Assembly (NCBI GenBank): GCA_951406725.2
Contig: OX597824.1
Location: 81,840,001 to 81,904,000 of the forward strand
Direction: 5' to 3'
Length of the DNA: 64,000 nt
Source of the DNA: Octopus vulgaris
Taxonomy: Eukaryota
The position numbers and the translations under genes are program-made. Below, piece by piece: positions 1 through 12,127 of this stretch; position 1 is the first letter of the stretch; each line of letters begins with the position of its first letter. Under the pieces are notes generated by a model that was not told the DNA's origin, searched no databases, and saw only the letters and a program-made list of their open reading frames with translations.

Positions 1-464
1 GTGTGCGTGTGTGTGTGTATGCATGTATATATATGAATACAAATATATATAAATATATATATTTATATAAATGTATATAAATATGTATATGCATATATAA
101 ACATATGTATATGCATATATATATATATATATATGTATATGTATATATTCATATATGTGTGGGTGTGGGTGTGTGTATCTGTGTGCGTGTGTGTGTGTGA
201 ACTAAATCCCGTTCACATGTATAAACATACATCCAAAGAATGTTAATTCAAATTCCCTTTTCGAACTAAGAGATCACAGGTTTCCTGTAAAAGTACGCTC
301 GTCAGCGATCCGGAAAATACAAAGTTACTCATCGGAAGGGTATAATTTAACAAAGACCAAAGTTGGTAGATTGATAACACATCCTAACTAAGGAATACGT
401 TAAAGAATAATGAAATAACGTTCACCATATCTACATGTGTATGTAACCATGTATGTGTTTGTGA

Positions 465-495
<31 letters not shown>

Positions 496-813
496 GATAG
501 ATAGATAGATAGATGTATGTATGTATATATCTGTATATATATATATGTATCTATATATACATATATACATATATACATTCTTATATATATATTACATATA
601 TATATATATATATTACATATGTATATGTATGTATATATATATATACATATATATTACATATGTATATGTATGTATATATATACATATATACGCACACACA
701 CACACACAGACATATATATATATATATATGAATGTAGGTATGTTCATACGAGCATGCACACACGGACACATACACGTGTGTATCTGTATATACATACATA
801 TACATATATATAA

Positions 814-858
<45 letters not shown>

Positions 859-1609
859 CATGCACACAGACACACACACATGCATATCTGTGTGGATATG
901 TGTGTGTGTGTGTGTGTGTGTACGGTTTACGAGTTGCTTGTCTTTTGTATGAGACGCGATATCGACGTTCGCCATTGATGAGCAAGCCATTCATCCAATA
1001 CCTTCCAAGCATGACCCTCTCTTCTTTCAAGTACATCATTATCCAATCACACCATCCTTTAAAGCAGTATAGTGCAATTTAAGGAGAAAAAATCGGCAGT
1101 TATTTCTAGCAGGTTGTTTGACCACATAGATACCTCTTACCCCTTTGGATATTGGGTGAGTCCACGCAGATCATATAAGCACCACAATGTTTACGCTAAT
1201 TCAAGTACATTCCCTATAGACTTCATGTTTCAACACTTCAGTATCGTGTAATCTTGTGTATAAGATAACACAGACTTTAATAGCCACTCCGTGGATTTCC
1301 CGCTGTTTTGAATCATCCGATGTTTGTAACGCTATAGTGGTTCACTTGTAGATATGTCGAGATTATAAATCCGATTCTGCGCGCGCGCGTGTGTGTCTGT
1401 ATAAGTGTTTGTCTGCATGTGTTCGTCTGCCGATGTCTCTATGCATTTATAGAGGTATTTATGTAAACGCATGTGTTTGTGTGTGTTTGTGTATATATGT
1501 TTTATTTCTACACATGCATATGTACTCTCTCTATATATATATATATACAGAGAGACAGAGACAGATTCGTACATACCTACATACACACATATATAAAATG
1601 ATGGATAGG

Positions 1610-1641
1610 TAAATAGATAGATAGATAGATAGATAGGTAGA

Positions 1642-1678
<37 letters not shown>

Positions 1679-1716
1679 GAGACAGATGGATGGGTGGATA
1701 GATAGATGGATGGATG

Positions 1717-1793
<77 letters not shown>

Positions 1794-1881
1794 GCAGACA
1801 GATAGATAGATAGAGAGAGAGAGAGAGAGCAAGAGAGAGAGGGATGGCTGGATGGATGAATAGATAGATGGATAGATAGAC

Positions 1882-1928
<47 letters not shown>

Positions 1929-1975
1929 TGAATAGATAGATAGATAGACAGACAGACAGATAAATAAATAGATAG

Positions 1976-2074
<99 letters not shown>

Positions 2075-2075
2075 G
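1610..2075. repeat. Compound (GATA)n/(GA)n/(GACA)n microsatellite
   Basis: Tandem tetra- and dinucleotide runs seen directly; source of the 'IYLSIYLS' pseudo-ORFs. Confidence 0.95.
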
Positions 2076-2217
2076 ACACATGGCGTCCAATTGACGATAA
2101 CGTGTCAGAGTGTCGAATTAATAGTACCAGATTTTGTTTCAGCTCTGTATACGCTCCTTCTCTCACTCTCCCTCTCTCCCTCACTCTCTCTCTCCCTCTC
2201 TCTCTCTCTCGTTCCCA

Positions 2218-2268
<51 letters not shown>

Positions 2269-2673
2269 CGCTCTGAGATTAAATCTTGCCGTGAGCACTT
2301 TTACCTTTCATACCTTCGGCATGGATAAATATAAAACCAGTCCGAACGAAGAAGGGGATAAACAGATTGTTAGAGCGTTCGCAGACGTGCTACATGCTAC
2401 GTGGCATTTGCTTTGCTTTTGTATGTTGTGACTCAACATTATGTCTCCTGACACCGGAAAATACTGTCTCTGTTGGGACACGTCAAGGGAAAAAGCTTGG
2501 GAAATCCTTCAGAAAGTGTCCAAGCGTGTCAGTAGATCACTCTCCAAATACCAACACAAACTCACTATACACTCTACACCTATCCATGCATAAAGATGGA
2601 GAGGTAGATAAAAATGGCGTCTCTCTGTAGGATCATGCGTATATGTACGAATGTATGTCTGTATGTATATATT

Positions 2674-2826
2674 CGTGGCTGTATGATAAGAAGCTTGATT
2701 ACCAACCATATGGTTCGGGGTTCAGTCCCACTGCGTAGCACCTTGGATAAGTGTCTTCTACTATAGTCTCGGGTCGACCAAAGCCTTGTGAGTGGATTTG
2801 GTAGACGGAAACCAAAAGAAGCCTGT

Positions 2827-2868
<42 letters not shown>

Positions 2869-3026
2869 CAAGATTTATCAAGATTAATTCAAGATTGATC
2901 AGCCGAAATTGCTAGGATGATCCGGTTCTTGACTGAAGATTGAAGGCTTCGCATGTCCCGTCCGTTTTTTGTTTCGTCTTCTAAATATTTTACGTTCTTG
3001 TCCCAGTTTGTATTTTTCTCCATATA

Positions 3027-3080
<54 letters not shown>

Positions 3081-3260
3081 GGGGGTTGTTTGTTGACGTT
3101 CGCGTAACTTAGCGGTTCGACAAAAAGAGATCGATAGAATAAGTACTAGAGTTACAAAGAATAAGTCCTGGTGTTGATTTCTTAGACTAAAATCCTTTAA
3201 GGCTGTGTGCTCCAATATGGCCGCAGCCAAATGATTGAAATAAGTAAAAGAATAAAAGAA
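2674..3260 (+). mobile_element. SINE family A (tRNA head + CORE-like block + internal microsatellite), interrupted by a PLE-like fragment at ~2866-3025
   Basis: A-box-like TGGCTGTATG, B-box GGTTCAGTCCC, CACCTTGGATAAGT, and 3' half ...TAACTTAGCGGTTCG...AAATGATTGAAA shared with more than 15 copies in the window. Confidence 0.85.
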
Positions 3261-3587
3261 CTTTATATATAGCAAAAATTTAGATTCAGATGAATATGGT
3301 ACTTAAGTTGAGGCACCAGAATTTAGTACGGTATTATCAATACAATTTCAAAATAAAGTGATTAAAATCAAAATAAGCAACAAAGAGGTAATGCCGTATG
3401 ATCGTTTCAAGCAACTCCATTTACTTGGATAATGCAACCAGTACATCAGTTTTAATGCAGAGCAATCCTCAGCTGCATAAAGACATAGAATTTAATTAAA
3501 ACAGATGGACACATTAGTATAATTTTACCTAAAATCTTCAAGAAGGTAAGGAGTTAGACAAAGAACATGCTTATAGGTGTAACGATC

Positions 3588-3766
3588 GTTCGTGGGTTGG
3601 CTGCGCTTATAGGCGTAAGAGAATACATACTCTGCAATACGCCTGGTGTTAAAACACCTGGAAGTCATAGACATATCCATAGTCTATGACGTACAGATGT
3701 TATAACACCAATCGAATTGATGAGTATATATTCTCTTACGCCTATAATCGCAGCCTGCCCACAAAC
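3588..3766. repeat. Imperfect ~180-bp fold-back (MITE-like hairpin)
   Basis: GTGGGTTGGCTGCGCTTATAGGCGTAAGAGAATACATACTC pairs with GAGTATATATTCTCTTACGCCTATAATCGCAGCCTGCCCAC; inner stems TGGTGTTA/TAACACCA and GTCATAGAC/GTCTATGAC. Confidence 0.8.
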
Positions 3767-4126
3767 TAGCAAAATACATGCCCTGTGTATGTTTATATTT
3801 GAATATATGATGGACTCTCCTATCGAAGACAACGTATGAGCGTCCAGATTTTGCCGAAGGCCTGCACAAATGATTTACTTATAGTGATTAAATGTTTGCG
3901 CCATATAATTAGCTCACCCCTTCCATCAAATGGATGTTGCCTGAACGGTGTACCACATGTCAAGTATCGAATTGATTGCAGAGAAACTTGATACGAAGTA
4001 TTTTGCTTAACGCACCACCCGGTCTAGGAACAGAAACCACGCTCTTCCGATCGTGAGTACGACGCCCCAACCACTAGGCCATACGTTCTCACTTGAATAC
4101 ATGTGTGTGTGTGTGTGTGTGTGTGT

Positions 4127-4178
<52 letters not shown>

Positions 4179-4197
4179 CTATATATATATGCATATG

Positions 4198-4243
<46 letters not shown>

Positions 4244-4244
4244 T

Positions 4245-4568
4245 CTGAGACCCCTTTCGGTCATGACTGACCATGGGATTACACCTAGAAAGTTACCCTC
4301 CCAGGCACAAGTCCGGACAAGGAAGACCAGCTGTTGACCATGCACACCAGCCTCCCCTCTCCGTATCACCAATGTTATCCAAGGGTAAAGCAAAGGCCGA
4401 TACAGCTTGGCATCTGTAACGTCGCAACTCATTTCTACAGCTGAGTGAACTACTCAATAAAAAAAGTGTCTTGCTCAAGAAAACAACATGCAACCCGGTC
4501 CGGGATTCGAACTCACAACCTCGCGATCGAGAGCTCGACGCTCTAACCACTGAGCCATGCGCCTTCAC
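4245..4568 (-). mobile_element. SINE family C (tRNA-derived head, CORE-like block)
   Basis: Reverse complement of the copy at 8790-9133; A box TGGCTCAGTGG, B box GAGTTCGAATCC. Confidence 0.85.
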
Positions 4569-4934
4569 ATATGTATGTATATATAACGAGGATGATGAAG
4601 TAACATTAGCATTACCTTTAATTAAATTATATAGAGAGAGATACAGCCTTAAATAGACCTACATATGTTTTAATTACATGAGCTAGAAACAGTTGCAATT
4701 AGAACTTTACTATAATACAGGCGCAGTTTCTTTAGAAACTCCAGTGCAATATCCTTTGAGATTTAACTGGTTAAAGTTTTATGTTGATTTTCTTTGCTTT
4801 CAGTATGTTAATTTAGATGCGAACAATCTTCAATTCAAGTTTTAATTGGATAATCACTCATTTATTCCAGATAATCAGTAACTTCAAAAACTTTCGTTAT
4901 TTAAATATTTATAACTATTTCTATTGAGCAGAGG

Positions 4935-5215
4935 TACATTTTCTTACAGGCAAACAACATAAAGCTTGTTCTTATCTAAAAGTTATATTATCCTCTGATA
5001 TAAAGATTTGGTAAATTTCTTCTATACATAAATCACACTTATTATTTCCTGGTCTGTAAGGTTTCACAGTAGTAATGAATCCCCAGTTGATAGTATAGTT
5101 TTTTTGTGTCTACCTTTAACAGACCAGATTAAACTACTTAGATTTGTTTGGAATTTTAACATTTTTATCATTAAATGAATTTAAGTGATTAGCCAGTCTT
5201 TTGTTTGAAAATTAG
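4935..5215 (-). pseudogene. Decayed GIY-YIG endonuclease fragment of a Naiad-type Penelope-like element
   Basis: Manual translation across frameshifts gives FKQRLANHLNSF..TNLSSLIWSVK..YTINWGFITTVKPYRPGNNKCDLCIEKK. This matches the Naiad EN pattern FKxRxxNHxxSF..TxLSxxIWxLK..IxW..PY..GxxxCxLCxxEK. Confidence 0.75.
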
Positions 5216-5695
5216 TGCAGCCGCAAGAGAGAGAGAGAGAAAGAGAAAGCGATAAAGTGACAGAGAGGGAGAGAGAGATTGCATTGATATTTGGTTCATA
5301 TACAATATACGAGTGTTTCTAGTGAGTTGATTTTATTTAATGTCGTCGGTCTATCTTAATTTGTATTCACCTTCGTATTCACACAGATACAATGTATCGC
5401 TTGCCTTGGCGTGAGGACTTCTCTGGGTGCATGTGTGTGTGCGTGTCAGTCTATCTGTCAGTCTGTCTGTCTGTCTATCTGTCTCTCTCTCTCTCTCTCT
5501 ATTTCTCTTCCCATTTCATAAATATTCATTTACATAAACCTCTAATAAACATCAGTGATCGCTTAGAAAAAAAATTTTTTTGACTGGTGAGAAATTAGAT
5601 ACGAATTTTCCGTTTGTTAAGTTTCTGTTGAATTCCCCCTTGGTTATGTTAACTCTTTGAAATCATATACACACATACATACATACATACATACA

Positions 5696-5727
<32 letters not shown>

Positions 5728-5773
5728 CACATACATATATACATGCATGCATACACACGTATATACACAGACG

Positions 5774-6080
<307 letters not shown>

Positions 6081-6086
6081 TGGAAA

Positions 6087-6119
<33 letters not shown>

Positions 6120-6818
6120 GCGAGAATGAAGCAACAAGAATGGATAGGTTTTTAGTACAATCATTTTATTAAAAGTTGCAAAATTACAGCATATAAACGT
6201 GTCCGTACTAAAATACATGTGAGTTCTCTAGACATCCTAGTGGTTGAGGCTATACTCATGAAGTAATGTAGATAATTAAGTAACATAAACAGATTTCAAA
6301 AGTTCATTAAAGTTCTTTAAAGATGATGTACAGTCTTATCACAGAATTTTAAAAGTCTTAATAGCATCACAGAGAAGGTGACCTAATCCATAGTGCACAT
6401 ATGGATTAGGTCACCTTCTCTGTGATGCTATTAAGACTTTTTTAAAATTCTGTGATAAGACTGTACATCATCTTTAAAGAACTTTAATGAACTTTTGAAA
6501 TCTGTTTATGTTACTTAATTATCTACATTACTTCATGAGTATAGCCTCAACCACTAGGATGTCTAGAGAACTCACATGTATTTTAGCTGATGAGTACGGG
6601 ACACGTTTATATGCTGTAATTTTTGCAACTTTTAATAAAACCTGTCCTTGTATGAAACGATTGTACTAAAAACCTATCCATTCTTGTTGCTTCATTCTCG
6701 CTTATAATCACCCCACATTACTGTATTGTTAAATCAGTATAGTTTTTTTTGGTGCATCTAAGTTAGGTACCATATTCAAGTAAATTCATTTAAATTAACT
6801 TGAATCTTTATTGCTTTT

Positions 6819-6820
<2 letters not shown>
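6120..6820 (+). mobile_element. Fold-back PLE-derived cassette: inverted arm 6120-6392, loop GTGCACA, sense arm 6400-6701, tail to (TA)n
   Basis: Near-perfect ~270-bp inverted repeat flanked on both sides by (TA)n; contains an HHR. Confidence 0.85.
6581..6671 (+). ncRNA. Type I hammerhead ribozyme motif
   Basis: Stem I TTTTAG/CTAAAA; core CTGATGA at 6587-6593; stem II GTACGGGACA/TGTCCTTGTAT; GAAA at 6654-6657; stem III AC-GATT-GT; predicted GUA cleavage after 6665. Confidence 0.8.
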
Positions 6821-6858
<38 letters not shown>

Positions 6859-6861
6859 CAT

Positions 6862-6997
6862 ACAGGAGTGGCTGTGTGGTAAGCAGCTTGCTTAACAACC
6901 ACATGTTTCCGGGTTCAGTCCCACTGCCTACTGAGGCCTCGGGCCGATCACAGCCTTGTAATTGGATTTGGTAGGCAGAAACTGAAAGAAGCCTGTC

Positions 6998-7057
<60 letters not shown>

Positions 7058-7250
7058 TTGTATGTGTTTGTCCCTCCTACCATCACTTGACAACCGATGT
7101 TGGTGTGTTTAATTCCCCGTAACTTAGCGGTTCGGCAAAAGAGACCGATAGAACAAGTACTAGGCTTACAAAAATTAAGTCCTGGAGTCGGTTTGTTCGA
7201 CTAAAGGCGGTGCTCCCGCATGGCTGTAGTTAAATGACTGAAACAAATAA
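6862..7250 (+). mobile_element. SINE family A, near full length
   Basis: GGAGTGGCTGTGTGGTAAG head, B box GGTTCAGTCCC, internal (TA)n(TG)n, tail ...AAATGACTGAAACAAATAAAA. Confidence 0.9.
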
Positions 7251-7364
7251 AATGTAGCGGTCCCATAGAGGACGATGCTACTGTTGTTGTTTTTTGCGCC
7301 AAGAGGACATCTCCTCCAGCTGGCTAACGACAAATAATAATAGTAAGATATACTGTGCTGTATT

Positions 7365-7449
7365 GTTCCTACTTCGCGGATTTTCACCTATCGCGGGGGG
7401 GGGGGGGGGTTGGAACGTAACAGCCACGTTACCCGAGAGAGTACTGTAT
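7365..7449 (+). mobile_element. Tigger/pogo-like MITE 3' remnant
   Basis: CTTCGCGGATTTTCACCTATCGCGGG...GGAACGTAAC...GAGAGAGTACTG-TA resembles the right end of pogo-type elements ending in CTG followed by TA. Confidence 0.4.
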
Positions 7450-7508
7450 ATCATATATCATTAGTTAGATACAGAGGTAGAGAGACAGGCAGGCACTATG
7501 ATAGATAA

Positions 7509-7573
<65 letters not shown>

Positions 7574-7626
7574 CAGATAGATAGATAGATAAATAAATAA
7601 ATAGATAAATAAATAGATAAATAGAT

Positions 7627-7668
<42 letters not shown>

Positions 7669-7722
7669 ATAGAGAGAGAGGGGGAAGAGTGAGGGAGTAA
7701 TAGACAGATATATATATATGTG

Positions 7723-7763
<41 letters not shown>

Positions 7764-8310
7764 CTGTGTCTTTACACCTGTTCCTGGTTTTGCTTCTGTG
7801 TGTTTGTGTCTGTAAAAGTCTGCTGTATATGTATAACCATACGTATGTCGATATAGAGCTCCATGTTTGACAGTCTCCGTTGCTACGTGTTTACGTATGT
7901 GTGTATACGTGTATTAAACCTGAATATACGCTCAGTATACGTGATTTGTTTTTTTTCACATCTCATTGTTATATAAATGACTGCATCCTTTTATCATGGC
8001 AGCTATTGTACTTCCTAGTCACGCAATCCCGGATGTGAAAGTAAAACCCACAACCTGTAATAGGTGTACGCAAACTGGTGGCTCCTTCTGGTGGACGATT
8101 TCTTTTGTTCTTGATATTTCTTTTATTTTTTTTTATTCCTTTTTCCATTGTCAGAGATTATTTTTTGCAAAGTCATATTCAAATAAATGGTAGATAAATA
8201 ACAAACGAACGGTATATATACATATAGGTGTGTATATACGTGCGTATATCTGGGTATATACATACACGCATATATATATAAAGTTTTTGTTACTATGTGA
8301 AGTAGTATAT

Positions 8311-8341
<31 letters not shown>

Positions 8342-8454
8342 CATATATATATAGTTTACTATGTGAAGTACATAGTACATGTTAATTAGAATTTTACAAG
8401 GACACTGACAGTGACTGTGAAGTTTCGGAATGCTAGCCCTCATCGGACACAAAT

Positions 8455-8486
8455 GATAGTAATAATGATAATAATAATAATAATAA

Positions 8487-8530
<44 letters not shown>

Positions 8531-8531
8531 C

Positions 8532-8563
<32 letters not shown>

Positions 8564-8564
8564 C

Positions 8565-8596
<32 letters not shown>

Positions 8597-8622
8597 ATAA
8601 TAATAATAATAATATCAATAAC

Positions 8623-8680
<58 letters not shown>

Positions 8681-8697
8681 GTAATAATAATAATAAT

Positions 8698-8745
<48 letters not shown>

Positions 8746-8778
8746 TAATAATAATAATAATAATTACAATAATAATAA
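8455..8778. repeat. Compound (AAT)n/(AGT)n microsatellite
   Basis: Trinucleotide runs seen directly. Confidence 0.95.
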
Positions 8779-8789
8779 TGAAGGCGCGT

Positions 8790-9133
8790 GAAGGCGCATG
8801 GCTCAGTGGTTAGAGCGTCGAGCTTACGATCGTGAGGTTGTGAGCTCGAATCCCGGTCCGGGCTGCGTGTTGTGTTCTTGAGCAAAGCACTTTATTTTCA
8901 CGTTGCTCCAGTTCACTCAGATGTAGAAATGAGTTGCGATGTCACAGGTGCCAAGCTGTATCGACCTTTGTCTTTCCTTTGGATACCACTGGTGGCGTGG
9001 AGAGGGGAGGCTGGTATGCATGGGCGACTGCTGGTCTTCCATAAACCACCTTGCCCGGACTTGTGTCTAGGAGGGTAACTTTCTAGGTACAATCCCATGG
9101 TCATTCATGACCGAAGGGGGTCTTTACCCTTTT
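8790..9133 (+). mobile_element. SINE family C, full length
   Basis: tRNA-like head GGCGCATGGCTCAGTGGTTAGAGC...GAGCTCGAATCCCG, CORE-like GTGTTCTTGAGCAAAGCACTT, 3' end GGTCTTTACCCTTTT; lies in an (AAT)n context. Confidence 0.9.
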
Positions 9134-9179
9134 TTTAATAATGATGATGATGACAATTACCCTTTCTACTATAGGGAGA

Positions 9180-9750
9180 AAGAAATGACGAAACATTTAG
9201 AGTAGAATATTTGTTATGCAGACTGAGACTGATCCTTAAGTCGAAATTAAACGGACAGAATAAGATTGAAGCTATCAATATCTGGGCGGTTTCACTCATA
9301 AGATAGAGAGCAGGAGTAATTGCATGAACAGTACAGAAACTAAATGATTTAGACAAAAAGACAAGGAAGTTGCTGACTAGATATGGGATACTCCACCCAA
9401 AAAGTGATACAGACAGACTGTATGTACCAAGAAAGAAAGGTGGAAGAGGACTGATTGGATGCGAACACAGCATTAGAGCAGAAGAAAACAACATAGCATG
9501 GTATGTGATAAGGAAGAAAGAAAAGTCGATAGATATGACTGGTTAGCTTGGGAGTTTAAGCAGTTGTGGTCAATGAAAAATGTGGTAGTAATACCAATAA
9601 TTGTCGGAGTCCTGAGAACAGTGAGCAAAAATCTTCAGAAATACATATAACAAACAGGGGCTGTAATAAGAATAGAGCACTTGCAGAAAACAGCACTGCT
9701 TGGAATCAATCGAATACTCCGGATGGTGCTCGAAAAATAAGGGGCGTTAC
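9180..9750 (+). pseudogene. R4/Dong-clade non-LTR retrotransposon 3' fragment (RT thumb + RLE C-terminus, internally deleted)
   Basis: Translation RLRLILKSKLNGQNKIEAINIWAVS..DLDKKTRKLLT..LHPKSDTDRLYVPRKKGGRGL, then KVDRYDWLAWEFKQLW..VIPIIVGVL..LQKTALLGINRILRMVL* (stop 9738-9740). In-frame stops are present. Confidence 0.85.
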
Positions 9751-9758
9751 CTAAGTAA

Positions 9759-10660
9759 CGAAGAAAGCCGACAGAAATTTCTAAAAAATCCCGTTATTAC
9801 CATATCGGACACGATTTCAGAGATAGTTCATAAGAACCTTCTCTTCATCAGTGATAAATGCGGCAAAGAAATAAGTGAAATACTTACCTATACCCATGGA
9901 AGAAGCGAACACTAAGTCATGAGCACAACTAAGTACCCCAAATATACCCAAAATAGAAACTCTCTAGTCCATCTCGAGACACGTGCGATTCGAACTAAAA
10001 ACTCTCGTAAAGTGAGAGAGTCCGGAAGTGAACACCGATATGGTAATAACGGGAGTTTTAGAAATTTCTGTCGGCTTTCTTCGAAACGCGTGCTTGTAGT
10101 GATAAATTACATGGTTATTGACATTGTGTCTATTTTCGGCATATTTTGGCATTAGATTTTTTTCTTTTGCCCTTACTAATAAATTGTTTATAAATTTAAC
10201 CTTTAGAGGTATTTTTTAATATGCTGGCCATTGATAGAATTTTTTTCGAAAAGTTTTATCCTACATTAGATGTTAATTTAATAGTATTCACTTCCGGACT
10301 CTCTCACTTTACAAGAGTTTTTAGTACGAATCGCACGCCACTCGAGATGGGCTAGCAAGTTTCTATTTTGGATATATTTGGGGTACTTAGTTGTGCTCAT
10401 GACTTAGTGTTCGCTTCTTCCATGGGTATAGGTAAATATTTCACTTATTTCTTTGCCTTATTTATCACTGATGAAGGGAAGGTTCTTATGAACTAACTCT
10501 GAAATCGTGTCCGATATGGTAATAACGGGATTTTTTAGAAATTTCTGTCGGCTTTCTTCGAAACGCGTGCTTGTAGTGATAGATTACATGGTTTTTGACG
10601 TTGTGTCTATTTTCGGCATATTTTGCATTAGAAATTTTTTCTTTTGCCCTCACTTACAAA
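9759..10660 (+). mobile_element. PLE-derived fold-back cassette with an inverted arm (9759-10032 vs 10287-10560) and a direct partial pLTR repeat (10035-10175 vs 10511-10655)
   Basis: Long inverted and direct repeats seen directly; HHR-like motif; 3' end joins (TA)n. Confidence 0.8.
10461..10583 (+). ncRNA. Hammerhead-like motif with a long loop II
   Basis: TTTATCA-CTGATGA(10468-10474)-AGGGAAGG...CTTTCTTC-GAAA(10560-10563)-C-GCGTGCTT-GTA-GTGATAG. Stem II is imperfect and stem I is offset by one nucleotide. Confidence 0.55.
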
Positions 10661-10689
10661 ATTATATATATATATATATATATATATTT

Positions 10690-10892
10690 CAATATGTGAC
10701 CGCGTGTGTATCGTTGGCGATTTTCTTTCTCCGTATTCCCTTCCTTGGACCTTTCCTTTTTCTATGTTTCTGACGAGGAGCTCCGCTCGAAACGTAAATC
10801 CTCCTTCTTTCTTTCTTTGCTGAGCGTCCAATATCCCTATGCTTGTTCCACGTCCTCATGCTGTTGTGTTTTCTCTCTGTTCATGCTTGGAT

Positions 10893-10896
<4 letters not shown>
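10690..10896 (+). mobile_element. Short PLE pLTR-like element with a minimal HHR (sub-family 1)
   Basis: CTGACGA(10770-10776)-G-GAGC-TCC-GCTC-GAAA-CGTA; ends TTGGATTAAC followed by (TA)n. Confidence 0.75.
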
Positions 10897-10943
<47 letters not shown>

Positions 10944-10969
10944 CATACATACATACATACATACATACA

Positions 10970-11000
<31 letters not shown>

Positions 11001-12002
11001 GTACGTACACACGCACACATATATATATATATATGAATGCGTATACATTATATACACTCATCATTTTGTATACATATACAAATATCTAGTTATCTATGTA
11101 CCTAGCTACATATACATTTATAAACTCAACTGCACACGTATATTTACAAGCACATACACACTCGTTCGCATATATGTATTTATTTTTTTTAGTGCGAGTG
11201 CGTGTGCTTGTGTGCCTGCATATGTGTGTGTTTGTGTGTATGTATATATGTATGTCTGCATGTGTGTATGTTTGTGTTTGTGTGTTTATGTGTGTATGCG
11301 TTTGTGTACTAAGAGTATATATTTTCCTCACTACCACCCGATTTCCGTGGTTAGCTATTGTTTATTGCAGGGCGGTCTTTCATAACTAAACATTTTCCCT
11401 CTAAATGATGCCTTTTGATCTGTGTTGATAAACACCAGCTCCATGATATGGCGAATTGGTAAAAAGAAAAAATAATAATAAATAATAAAAACACAAGAAA
11501 TAAAAAGAATAATTCATAGGTGTTCCCATTGGTCTTCCATTATTTCGTTCTCTTTGATCTTCGTGAATTTTTTTTGTCTCCTCTGTGTGTGTGTGTGTGT
11601 GTTTCTGCTGGGTGAAAATGTAATCAGTTTTATTGGTAGAGAGACAGTCATTTCAGAAATTATGAAGGTCGCTTATGGTGTTGTTAAATACAGAAATGGA
11701 ACTCATACCTAATCACATGTGAAAAAATAAATAAATAAATAAATAAAAGGCAAAAAGTTTTAGATAGCAGCAGACAATCTTCTAATGGAAAATAACATGT
11801 TGCAAGACTTCTTTCTTTCCTTTTCTCTTCTCTTTCTTTGTGTCTGTAATACAATACACATACATGTGTGTGTTTGAGCATGTGTGTGTGTGTATTCATA
11901 TATATATGTATTCGTGTGCGTGTGTGTATATGTATATGTACATATTTATCTGTCTGTCTATCTATCTATCTATCTATCTACTTACCTATCAATCATTTTA
12001 TG

Positions 12003-12127
<125 letters not shown>

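Noticed and set aside
8790-8865. tRNA gene (also considered at 4495-4568, 33901-33976, 39470-39544 and 62875-62948)
   Set aside because: A and B boxes are present, but there is no proper acceptor stem and each continues into a SINE body.
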